Shown piece by piece: positions 36,832 through 49,000 of a DNA stretch of 64,000 nucleotides. Made by a program: the position numbers and the translations under genes. The DNA is from Phoronis australis (Eukaryota > Animalia > Phoronida): assembly GCA_002633005.1 (NCBI GenBank), contig NMRA01000010.1, positions 209,846 to 273,845 of the forward strand, read 5' to 3'. Within the stretch, counting starts at the first letter, position 1; the number at the start of each line of letters is the position of its first letter. Below the pieces are notes generated by a model. It saw only the letters and a list, made by a program, of their open reading frames with translations. It was not told the origin of the DNA and made no database searches.

Positions 36832-39800
36832 ATGGATTTGTCTAAATTCGAAAAAGACAACACTAAAAACTGCATTTTAGAATCGAGTCCTCCGGAAGAA
36901 ACTTTTAACGAACCTTGTTGGTTAGGTATAGACGAGGCTGGAAGGGGTCCAGTGTTGGGTAAGTCAACACCGTTGCTCATCACATCAGCCGCTGGCGGCT
37001 ACTCAGCGCTTATTGTCATGATAATAATTAAAGACAGTGACCACCGTCCGTCTCTAGCTGACTAGTCAGCTAGAGAAGGTGTAGCTCCTGTAGGAACTTC
37101 ATTCCCCAGAAGCTTTTCGGTGAATTATGCTTCACACCGACTAAGTCACGTTGATATAACTTGAACATGGGCAACGCAGCACTGAAAAAAGTGGGGGGGG
37201 GGCTAAAACCCCCTCAGCCCCCCTGTGGTGCACCACCTATAGTATAGACCATGTGCGGCATAGCACTGAAAAAAGTGGGGGGCTACATCCCCCCAGCCCC
37301 CTATGGTGCGCCGCCCATGTATAAATACCCTTTTGCGCATAGAGGGACACCTTTAGCCAGGAGACTGTCGATGTATTTAATTCCTTCCAACTGCACTAAA
37401 CAGTTGATTCACCAGGGTTTGCTTACCTAATGCTCGAAACTTGCCTGCCAAGGTCGTACCTCTCGTATGGGAAAAGTCAAAATGGCGCTATGCTCAAAAT
37501 GTACTTATAGCAACGTGTTCTTGATGGTTTAGCCAGTGTGAGGCATAATTTGCCGACAAGTTACCAAAGTCATGACATCTTTATGGGTTGACCCAGTTCA
37601 GATGATTATCTGCCGCTTGAGCTGCATTGGTGCGTTCACTGTGCCAGTTCCAGATTGTTAATAAAATCTACAGTGCTAGCAAGCAATTGCTTGTGGTTCG
37701 CAAACCAAAGGTAAGCTATTGAAGAAAAATCACATGTTGATAGCATATACTGGGTTTTGAGCTTGGGCCATCGGCATGCAAGTCCAAGAGATTAGTGCAA
37801 CCAGGCAAGCGATTTAGAGAGGCGTGAAACCTGGAATGCCTGGGGGGGGGGAGGTTGGAGGTGAGTAACTCAATTTCTGTGTTTTGAGTTTTGTGTGTGC
37901 CCTGTTGTTTAATGCCAATGTAGAAAAATCCACATGACGGTGGCGGGAGTCGAACTCGGCTGTTAGGGTGAGTCCTGCTGAGTGGTAATTGCCAATGGAC
38001 AAGTGATTTAGAGGCTCTGTTAAAAAATAGCAGACAATTGTGAGTTTTTTTACCCACCTGCAACGACTGTAGTATTGTTCTACATTGTTCTTTTTGAGAA
38101 ATTACTTGTATCGTGTTCATAATAAAACATTTTGTGAAATTACTTGTATCATGTTCATAATAAACCATTTTGTGTTAGCCTTGTGAAATTACTTGTATCA
38201 TGTTCATAATAAGACATTTTTGTTTGCCTTATGGCGTATTAGAAAAACAAAAAAGAAATATTTTAGAAAACTCTTAGTTACAGTGTGTTTTAACATTTAA
38301 TGATTTTGACATGTTATTAATACCTTTGTTTAGGTATGAACCAATGTACTTTTCTTTTTTGCTTAATTTTCCTAAAAAGTCATTGACGCACAACCCAGTC
38401 AATCATTGGCATGAAGTTAAATTTGTAATTTTGTCGCATTATGTTGTAGGCCCAATGGTCTATGGAACATGTTACAGTCCTATCTCCCAGAAAGAGAAAC
38501 TCAAAGAAATGGGATTCGCAGGTGAAATGTGTTGTTAAAGCTATGACATTCCACTTTGGTAGTGTTCACGCTACATATAGTCAAAGGTGGTGCTGCGCCA
38601 TGTTTGATATGCTTTGCACCATGTTTGGAAATCTTGATCCATGTTTGAAAATCCCCGAGCCCTTTGTTGCTCAGGGAGAGCCTTAATATACCTTCAGTTA
38701 CTTTAAAATTATACATTTTTATCATCAAAACCCGATTCGTGGTTAAAACAAGTGTACCAAAAATACTGTCAATAACATGGGACACTTTCAAAATGTTAGT
38801 GTAATACTGATGTGAGCTTAGCAGGTACCGGGGAGTTCCAAAAGAGCCCCGGGGGCACCCCTAGAAGCATATCGTTTGCAAAGCGGTCATGTGTGCATTT
38901 TAACATTTTGTTTATCAAGAGGCGTACCTAAGATCATTATACCTCAACTTTTTACAAGCACATTGCAATGGCAAATAAGACTACACATGCAAGTTTTAAA
39001 ACTAACCAGTGCTGATTTGGTCGAAGGCAAAATTTTAAAAGGTTAGGTAGTACTTTTCTAAAATTATAAAAACCAAGTTGTCACCTTTACGACCATTTTT
39101 GCTGTATGACCTCTTGTGAAGCAGTTTTGAAGTTGTTGTAAAGGGGAGTTTTTCGTGGCTTTTCACACTGAATGCTAAAGGTGTGTAAATTACATCAGGT
39201 ATTGTCTGATTGTTTCAGATTCCAAAACTTTGACAGAAGAAAAGCGTGAAGAGCTTTTTGAAGTCATCGACAAAGCCAGTGACACGATTGGTTGGATTGT
39301 CGATATCTTATCTCCGCAGTATATATCTAACAGTATGTTAAGAAGGTGAGCAAACAGAAGTTTTATGGTGGTAAATTTCATTCGATGACGGCAAAACTAT
39401 TGTTATTGGGTTCACCCGGAAACCTAAGTGGTCATCTCAGCCTTTGATGCTGAATCGTAGCTATCTTCATTTTGCAGACATGGTGACTTACCCAGGTTTC
39501 ACTCTACACCATTGCCTGTCTTGAACACTGTTTTATTGTCTTTGAAAGAGAGTATCAACAAACTTAAGCAACAGAAAATGAAGTCCACCCGGTTTAAGCT
39601 CACTCCAGTTTTGCATTCAGTCTCCTGTTCATTGCGAAGTGCCCCCTGTTTGCCAACCCCCGCTCCTTGGTCACCAATAATTTTGCATTTCCTTCCTCTG
39701 TTGAGGGTGGGTGAAGGTTAAGTTGGCGTGGTTAATAAGAAAATTGTTTCATTACCCCAATTGGCTTTGAATAGTTCTGTACGAAGTGAGCTAATAAATT

Positions 39801-42800
39801 ATTTCTTTCTTTGGTTATAGGTCCAAATATAATCTCAATGCCTTATCACATGATACAGCAATTGGTCTAATACAGAAAGTGTTGGACAAAGGAGTCAATT
39901 TAAAAGAGGTATAGTACAAATGTGTCGTATTGAAAACAATAGTCAACTAAACCATTGTCATTAACGTAAATTTCTTTCTCCGTTCTCTTGCCCTAGTATT
40001 TACAGTGTGGCTACAGCAAATAACCAACATTACTGTTTTAAAATTGAAAAGTAGTTATTAGCCATGTTTGAATTCTTAAAGTGGAGGGACTATAAGAGAA
40101 ATTAGCGAATCAATAAATTTTCTTCAGCATCACGGCTAAACAACAAACGTTAATTTGTGAATCGATTGTGACGGGTTAGCCACAGTCTGGCTTAGGCTCA
40201 CTTAGGCGTTGGATAACAAAAGCTCAAATGTTAGCGTAGGAGTTGTCTCATGATGCCTGTAATTGGTGCCTTTGAATTCATGTTTTGTTTTCTATGTAGA
40301 TATACGTTGATACAGTTGGACCACCAGACAAATACCAAGACAAGTTGAAGGGCATCTTTCCAGACCTTGATGTCACAGTGGCTAAGAAAGCTGATTCCCT
40401 CTACACCATAGTCAGCGCTGCCAGTATATGTGCCAAGGTATGTGTGTATATGCCTCCTCAAGGAATTAGTGACTTCACCGGCAAGGTGGTATAACATGAA
40501 AATATCTTGGACTTAAATTGAAGGAGGAAGTAGTGTGGCCTTGTGGGAAAAGTATTCGCTTCAAGGTTTTGGGTTCGAGTCCCACTGGGGCACACTGCTG
40601 GACCCTTGAGTCAGTCTATATTATTAATAATAGAATAAAAATGGTTCTAGGTGATCAGTCTAATGGGCCAATCAGAGTGGCCTGTGCTTATCTTGTACAA
40701 CGTGTATCAGACAGCCTGCAACTGTTTTTTTATAAGTTCAAGAAAAGTGTTATTTCACCACGACACAGCACCACCACATTCTTTCATAGTTCAGACATCA
40801 AGTATGTCAGAGTTTATTGGCAGAGTTGGATGAAGTTCTGTTGAAAGCTGTTCAGTTCGTTTTTGAAGGCAACTTTATTGTAGTGGTGGACTTTCAGAAA
40901 GCCTGCACTGGATTAACACCCCACTATTGTATATTCAATGGTATGTAACACAATACAGCATATCTCTCGTGATGCAACATCACAGGTGCCATGACAAAAT
41001 TATTGTGAAGTCACCGTTCCTGTGCCAACGAAAGTTTTCTTTTGCATTTTGAGTTGCACTTCTGACTCCAGGGAATTGTCAAACTTGGCAGACACAATCT
41101 AATAATGACAGTTTCTTGGTCTCTGCTTGGCCATCGTACTCAGACACTTGCTTGACACTTGAAAAACTTGGTCAGTAGTATGTGTTGCTTTTCTACTTCC
41201 ACATATGAGGACAGCTATATTGCTGCGAGCTCGTTCCCTGCCTACCCATGTCATATAATTTTTATCGCGTAGATTCATAATTCATGCTTTGGAAATTTGT
41301 CCTTGGGCTAGAATTGATGACGTTATTAATAATATGTAGCAAATATTGAAGACTTCATTACAGCACCATTCATATGCACATGTTATAATTCTTGTGCATT
41401 TTCAATTGGAGTTTTAGAACTTTTTTATTTATAAGTTTCAATTCAACTGTTGGACTATTCCTGTGGAAAACATTAGCACTCTCCAAAAGTGGTAGGCTAC
41501 CAGTATTTCTAATTGTTCTTGTTGTTTACTTCCACGCCTTAGGTTGCTAGGGACCTTTCAGTCAAAAGATGGGATTTCGGCGAAGGTCATGAAATAGAAA
41601 ACTATGGATCAGGTTACCCATCAGGTAAAAAATGATTACTAATTTTATTTCACTTTGGAAATAGAAAATTGAACTTATTACAATTTTTATGAGACCAGGC
41701 ATACATAATTATGTGACCATGGATACATACTTATGAGACCACATGTACATACATGAGACTACACATATATAATTATGAGACCACCACGTACATAATTGAC
41801 CTATCACCAGGACTTTGAGTGACGGCTTAACTGACCATTTAGAACTCATCATTCGTGACACACCTTCGTTTCCAAGCCGCCATTTTACCCGACAATCAAG
41901 CCGTTGCTAAGTAAACCTTATTGTTTGTTAGTCAACATTACGCAAGGAAGCGGAGCTTACGATTGGTCAATTATGATACCACACATACATAATTATGAGA
42001 CCAGGCATACATAATTATGAAACAACGCATTCATAATTACGCGGTCATGCATACATAATTATGAGACTGCACATACATAATTATGAGACACTCGTACATA
42101 ATTATTATGAGAGGATGCATACATAATTATGAGACCACTCATACATAATTATGTGGTTATGTATTGCTGTAATCTTGGATCGACTTTTGGGGGCAGTCCG
42201 CTGTTGTAGTCAGGATCTAAATGAAATTTGGCGGGTGTGTTGCTATGAAGCTCATGACAGATGGCTTGGAGTTTTGGATTGATCTGACTTTTGCTGTGCC
42301 TCAAGTGGTAATTTTATTCTTTTATGTTTGCCTCCGTATCTTGATGGATTTTTATGAAATCTCACAAATGGGTAATTCTTTACAAATTTGACATTTCTGG
42401 GTTTTCTTCTGTGTTCTTGGTTTTATCTTGAATAAAATGGTGACTTTTCAATGAATTTGTTATGATCAGTGCTCCGTGTTGGTCTTACGGTTATTATTAT
42501 TATTATTTTCCAGTCAGTTTCTGCATCTGTTTCTCTATACACCAAATTGCTCAAAGGATCAATCGTCAATTTTACGGCAAATAGGTTTCTACAATATGTG
42601 TCTCTGTGTCGGTGATCAAGCTAGTGTTTATTGCAATAAAGCTCATTTTCCGGACGTTCTTTCCACTGAGTGCAATGCCGTTGAAAAATTTCTTTTTCCA
42701 GATCCAGCCACTAAAAAGTTCATGTCTGAAAATATCGACCCTGTCTTTGGTTACCCGTCCTTCGTTCGCTTCAGTTGGTCCACAGCAGATCTGCTGCTAC

Positions 42801-43299
42801 AGAAGAAGGCTGCACTTGTACAGTGGTGAGCGTACTGATACATAACAAAAGTCATTTTGCAGAATTGCCCTCTGATATGGGTATCAAAACTCATATTCGG
42901 TAATGAGTCGGCCTATTTCTCCGACAACTGTAATACTGTTTTTGCTCACGTCTATTATTGAAGCTGTTTTTAGCCACTGGCAGAGTTTCCATTATTTGCT
43001 GCGAGGTAGTCGACTTTTTGTAAAAAAATTACGAATTTGGCAAGTTTTTTAGGTAATAAGTGAAGAAATAGCAGTTTTTAATGTTTATTAATTTTAGAAC
43101 TATTCGCATCTTTGATGTCTAGACAAAAGCGCATGCTTATTCATGAAATTATTGCAGGGAAGACGATGAGGAAGATGATGATGAGAAAACTGCAAAAGCG
43201 GCTCCATCAGTGATGTCCTTTTTTACTGCCAAACCCAACAGAAAAAGGAAACATAGCTTCTTTACAGAACGTTGTCTGAAGACTGTTTCAAAATTCTGA
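36832..43299 (+). CDS. RNASEH2A: Ribonuclease H2 subunit A (catalytic), 8 exons, 299 aa
   Basis: Exons 36832-36958 ([12 protein letters not shown]), 38450-38521 (PMVYG), 39219-39345 (DSKTL), 39821-39908 ([15 protein letters not shown]), 40300-40437 (YVDTVG...[17 protein letters not shown]), 41543-41624 (VARD...YGSGYPS), 42702-42825 (DP.T...FVRFSWST), 43158-43299. All GT-AG and phase-consistent; 900 nt total. Confidence 0.97.
37167..37319. mobile_element. Two tandem ~70-bp mini-MITEs (third copy at 33509-33578)
   Basis: CATGGGCGG..GCACTGAAAAAGTG..CCCCCAGCCCC..GCGCCGCCCATG consensus with terminal inverted repeats, seen three times. Confidence 0.6.
38095..38222. repeat. Three tandem copies of a ~38-bp unit
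   Basis: TGAAATTACTTGTATC(A/G)TGTTCATAATAA repeated three times. Confidence 0.8.
40521..40617 (+). mobile_element. tRNA-derived SINE head
   Basis: A-box-like GTGGCCTTGTGG, B-box GGTTCGAGTCC; homologous to the minus-strand copy at 54988-55090. Confidence 0.6.
41688..42153. repeat. ~22-bp minisatellite (CATACATAATTATGAGACC...) interrupted by a MITE
   Basis: Multiple units at 41688-41797 and 41969-42153. Confidence 0.85.
41794..41972. mobile_element. ~175-bp MITE inserted into a 22-bp minisatellite
   Basis: AATTGACCTATC...GATTGGTCAATT termini interrupt a CATAATTATGA unit. Confidence 0.6.
42150..42420 (+). mobile_element. Degenerate fragment of the same HINE-like family
   Basis: GAAATTTGGCGGGTGTG and GCTGTGCCTCAAGTGGTAATTTT match the unit at 35460-35580. 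Another 5' fragment is at about 44023-44100. Confidence 0.45.
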
Positions 43300-46072
43300 A
43301 AGCCGCCGACTCCTTCTCCATTCCTTTCCAATAAACCCTAACTGGCGGCAGCAATCACTTCTCGTCAGTAAGGTGTGGTCTTCCCGAGTTTTTATTGTTT
43401 GTTTAAAGAACGAGAAAAGGCAAACACTGTATTCTTAGCAGAACTGTTTCTGGAAAGTCCTCAAGAGGATGACTTCGCTTTGTCAGATTATATTTGAGTA
43501 TCTGAGAGTTTAAGGGCTGATTGTTGAAATGACTTGCTTCACAAACTGAGAAAAGTAAAACCATTAAACTTGGTACAATCAAATACCATTACGTTATTTA
43601 CTACATAATCCAACATTGGCGTACATGTTAATCCCATTGGCTCAGTTTTAAAATTTTCCAGGTGACGTATCGTTCCACAAATAAATAGGCTTGTTTGATA
43701 GACATGTTTCGTGTGTTGTACGGTTTAATTTAAAAAAAAGTTTTTGCATGAATAAAGTCAAAATAATGATAAAAAGATGCAAAAAGAGGAAACTGGAAAT
43801 CAAATAAGAGGAAATCGAAACCAAAAAAGAGGAAATCATCAATAAAAGAGCTGAAGCTGATTCAACAGAAGTTATGCCAGGGTAGAGTTCAGTGGCTGTC
43901 TCGCGACTAGAAAAATCTCGTTTACAATACACGTTTAATATCTAGTATGTAATCTCACAGTCTTGCTTTTTGCAAGGTCCTAGCGTTACTGAATTTACCC
44001 ATGTTTCACCTTGTTGCCCGTTTTTTTCCTACATATGTGGGTGCATATTGCTGCCACTTCTGGGCGTCTGCTGCTGCATGTCCTAAACCCCTTGCAAGAT
44101 CTCCTTTTTCTAGTTAGTCTAGAAAACTACTGATCATTCTTTTAATTCTTGTAATGGCTTGATATTTCAAGTTGGTGTTGCAAAGTCTTGCATTTCTCAC
44201 AAGAAACTGGTTCCACAGAACACTCCCCAAACTCTATAAAGAAAGACCAGGCAACATCACGCTGGGTAATGTTTCCCAGCGTAAGCTCCAGACTGCTGAA
44301 GTGACTGTTCGGCAAGATTAGGTACTTGAATTTTTGGAGAAAACTCCCACTTTCCATTAATTAAATATTTCTAACTGTAAGTGTCTTGTGTTTGGTGCCC
44401 CATTAGTCAGTTGCAGTTTTATAGCAGATGACAAAGAAATACAAACTTTCTTATGGAAAAGAAATTAATCTTTATTAAAGGAATGTTCTAATTTATAAAC
44501 TGGAACCACATAGTGCAATAAACAACAAAAAAAACATTTATTGCTATATTTTTAATATGATTCCCTATTCAACTTTACCTTCGAGGATCATGCTGTAAAT
44601 AATCTGGTTTAGGAAGTGTTAGTTATTTATCCTCACCACATAATCAAATCATAAAATTAAAAGATAGACAATAAGTATGCAACTTTCACAAATAAAATTT
44701 CAAGTATCTAAAATCTATAATGGAAAGACTGGATATGCAATGCTTAAAAACGACAGTTTACAGTCTAATGAATGAATCTTATACTTGGTCCCTGCTACAT
44801 GCGATGTAAATTTAAAGCTAGTGTACAGTACCATTAGTACTGTTAACTCTCTTAATGGCATATTTTTCCAATCTATGTTCCTACAAGTGGCACATTTTTG
44901 ATGTTCCCATTTCTGAGAATACACTGAAGATTATATCTGAGCCTTACTATCTCAAATTCCAAGTTCAAGGCATTTGAAAGACTGACTAGACACTGTAGAC
45001 CCGTGACCATTCTCTCACTTGCAACAAATTTTCAAATTCTCATTCATGTACGTGAGTCCTAAAAAATCCACCACCACAAGACTTGTATCACACGCTAAAA
45101 GAAACTGACAGACAAAATGACTCAGAATTTCTAGTCTTGATGTTTGCAAGCAAAAAGTCCCTTCATAGCTGTCCATTATGCCAGGGAATGCCGAGGACAT
45201 TATGAAAGTTTATACAGGGAATATGAGTCGGAATGGATTATACAGAATGCCATAGTGTAAACTGAACGGTCATGTCATCAAGCACCGTTTTGTGTCATTA
45301 ATTTATGTGCGTAGTGTGGTTTTTAACTCGTGTGTCATCATCGTGAAATGGGGCTCATTGAATCAAAGGTCATAAGCAGAGTCGTGACAAAGACAGACGT
45401 ACCGACATTATCCCATATCAAAACTGAACTTACAGTACAACCATCCATGCTAAGACCAGATTTACCATCTCTGATAAAACGGGCCCCTGTTCTCTAATCC
45501 AGCAGTAACTTAATAGACAAGTGTAAAATAAATATATAAATATTATAACTGGTTCACGAAAATATCACCAGCTTTAAAAAACTAACAATCTTGTCAACAA
45601 TACAGGTTTAAGGTAAATAAAAAGTTAAGAAATGGGTTCCAATGTTGCCCATGTGAAATTGCAGTGAATAATCAGCACAAGACTTGAAAAGAATATACCC
45701 AACACAGTCAACTCTTAACATAAATCTATAACAAGCAAGCCTACAGTATCATGATAAGTTTCTGAATGCCTCAATTGGCACAGTAGTTTTCTAAAAAGTT
45801 GTCGATGTTTTTTCTTGTCGAATATTGTCAAAATATAGAAGCAAAAATCACACTAATTTTTAAATGATTCGGTGTTTAGTGTCTTGGGTTTTCATGAATA
45901 CTTCGACAAACGAGATGGAAAATGTAAAATGTTTTTGAAAACTACAGAACTGCAGGTTGACATTCACAATTACAACAGGAACATTGTTTTTTCTCAATAT
46001 TGCATTCATTAATTGAAAAACTGGAAGACAAAATGAAATCATTTTCTTCAAGGGCCGACCGTTCCAATTTCT

Positions 46073-49000
46073 TCATTTGAGGAGAGAATAGAACAGCATT
46101 AATGATGTCAAAAACACAAGTGAGCTCAGTCGGTTTATGGAACCTGCCAAAAAGAAGAGAACAATAGTCATGTAAAGCATTATGGTTGACTGGTTGAGGG
46201 CAATTGAGTTTTTAATTTGACGATTTACATGGAGTCGACATGCAATTTCCTCACCCATTGTAAGCTGGATATCCACGTACATATACCAAAAACACTATAC
46301 ACCCAGATAAGAGATATTTGTTATCAAGTGAAACCAACTTTACGCAATTTCAGTACTGAGTCACCATAACGACATTTCGCTTATACAATAGTTTAGTTTG
46401 CTCGAAAATCTTTCACACGAACCCTGTACACATGATATCCCACTCAATCGGTAGTTAAATGCAAAGTACATACCGCTGCTTGGCTTGCCATCGTTGCACA
46501 CAGAAGTTTTAGCAAACTTGCCAAGTTTTGAGTCACCAGCATCGACCAGCTTCTGCAGAGCTAACTTCAGGTCATTCTTCTTTGGTCCTGAATAGGAATA
46601 CAGCAAATTCAACACTAGAGCCACGCTTGGCTAAATTTTGAACAAAGCAAGTACAAGTATGGCCATTCTTCACTTATTTAACTGTGGTTTTTCTATTTCA
46701 GGAAAGATTGAATGTCCTGCAGTAGATACATGTAATGGAAACTTCACCAAAAATTTGTGAACATCTACCCATCCCCCAACCAGGGTGATCATTAGCTACG
46801 ATTTCCTGATTCTCAATTTTTGACGAGAATTTTGATTAAATTGAAGTTTACTGAACTTGTTAACCACATTGTGTGTGCTCATTAGCAACACCAGTCAACG
46901 CTACTGGGGCAATGCCAGACAACACTAGTGGAACAACACCAGACAACACTAGAGGAGCAACACCATACAACGCTAGTGGGGCAACACCAGACAACGCTAG
47001 TGGAGCAACACCAGACAACGCTAGTGGAGCAACACCAGACAACACTAGTGGGGCATCACCAGACAACACTAGTGGGGCAACACCGGACAACAACACCAAA
47101 CAGTAATGCGGCAACAGTAGGCACATACTGATTCATAAACACCAACAACGACAACTTAAGGTCCCACACAGCCCTAATTCAGTCAAGCCGAAACCAGGAA
47201 CTTCAAACTGGAATACACCAAGTCAGTGGCAATAAAAACTCCCACAGAAGCAATAAAAATGGTTCTGTCCATTGTTTTCTCTGACATTTGAAATCTGGAG
47301 TACTAGATTGTATTAAAACCGTTCAATGTAAATCATGAACCAAAATAGTGGTTTAAGCGTAAACTCGTCTCTTGATTTGGTTTTGGTACAATTGATTATC
47401 ACACCTGATAAACGTCAACGTGTTTTCTAATCTGATCAGAAAGAAGCACTTGTCGAAAAATCTGCGAAAAGTATAAAATAGTTTTCAATTATGCCAACCC
47501 CAGCCATATTCACCAATACTGTTCCTGGGTAAACAAAATGTATTAAGCATAAACTAATTTCCAATTACTACACTCTTGTGCAATACTTATCCATAGAGGG
47601 CACCACAGTACCTGACAGCAACACCTTCACCTTCATACAGTCTGGATCAACAACCTTAGAACTGGATAACGTCACAGCGATGTTCCAGCTGCCAGTATTC
47701 AGGGCTGTAGCCACTTGACTCACCAACGCGCTCCTACAACAAGATAACAGATGAATCACTAATGACATCACTTCCACATCAGTTGTAATAGTATTATTCT
47801 AAATTCCACGTTTATGCATTTTAATATTCCTGGCATTTTCATGGTACTTTAAGCAGACATAACAGGAATAACATCAACAAGATCTCTATAAAACTCCTCA
47901 ATTTCATAAGAACTTCTCCTGCGCAAGACAACAAATTCCCACAAAAGATCGCCAATGAACAGTGCCCCCCATAAATCATCAGCAATGAAGAGTGTCCCCC
48001 ATAAAACATCAACAATCAACAGTACCCCCCATGAAACATCTGCATTGAACAATGCCCCCATAAATCATCAATAGATAGTGCCTCCACAAAGCATCTGCAG
48101 TGCAACAGATATTTCTTGTTTCAATGTAATTATCATACAGTTTGTGGCTCCTTGTACTTAAAGGACTCGTATGGGTGGAGAAAAAGTTGCTTATTATATG
48201 AATTGGGCAAAATTATGAAGTCAGTATTTCAGAGTCAATAATTTTTCATTTTCATACAGACTGCTTGTAGGCCACCACATCACGAAAATTTTTAATGTCA
48301 CTCGGATTCTGACGTCACATCAGGTTTACACAACCGCAAAATGTGAAACAGTCGGTAAATACACACCTCCATCAAGGCATCACAATTCTGCTGTTGTACA
48401 AAAGGTGTTTATTCAAAGGCTAAAATGTTCCCTGGTCTTCAATATGGCATTTTCACAAAGTTTGGTACATGCATTCAAATTACCATCACAATATAACCAA
48501 ACAAGATGTGTTGATTACCACATTTTAAGGTCTGATAGCCTACAAATATTTGATTTTGGTGGCAGTCAATAATTGTATATTATCAGGAAGAGATATCTCT
48601 TCCTGATATTATCCAACTATACACTATAGCTCAGGCGTTTGGCACAATGGCATGTGCATATCTGATGCACGGCAAAGGATATCAGACCACCTATTCACAT
48701 TTTTAACTATAGGCAAAGCACAGTTTACTCTTTCAGGCAACAATAAGAAACTTGCTCGTCGCAATTTCATTCAGATACCACTCAATTTTTCCTAAATATA
48801 TATTATTCTTTGAAATGTAAAGGACATATTTCAATCAAACATCAATCATTCAACTAGTGACAAACACTGCAGTCTGGAAATTGTAAACATGCTAAGACGT
48901 GTTACACATCATCATGTATTGGTTTAGTATTCAATCTGCGACAACTGTAAACAGAACACTGAACTGTAAACAGACAACCACCAAAGGTTTGTTTGCAGGT

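Noticed and set aside
40521-40617. tRNA genes at B-box matches (also about 3449-3470 and 54988-55090)
   Set aside because: No cloverleaf or anticodon arm; shared downstream tail indicates a SINE.
43745-43885. K/E-rich coding-like stretch after RNASEH2A
   Set aside because: In-frame stop and no splice context; purine-rich low complexity.
47185-47295. Possible alternative hydrophobic terminal exon of the CSRP
   Set aside because: Weak acceptor; the downstream exon chain already gives a coherent GPI-type end.
48158-48330. Kolobok-like left end (TTAA-AGGACTCGTATG)
   Set aside because: No matching right TIR found, so it cannot be delimited.
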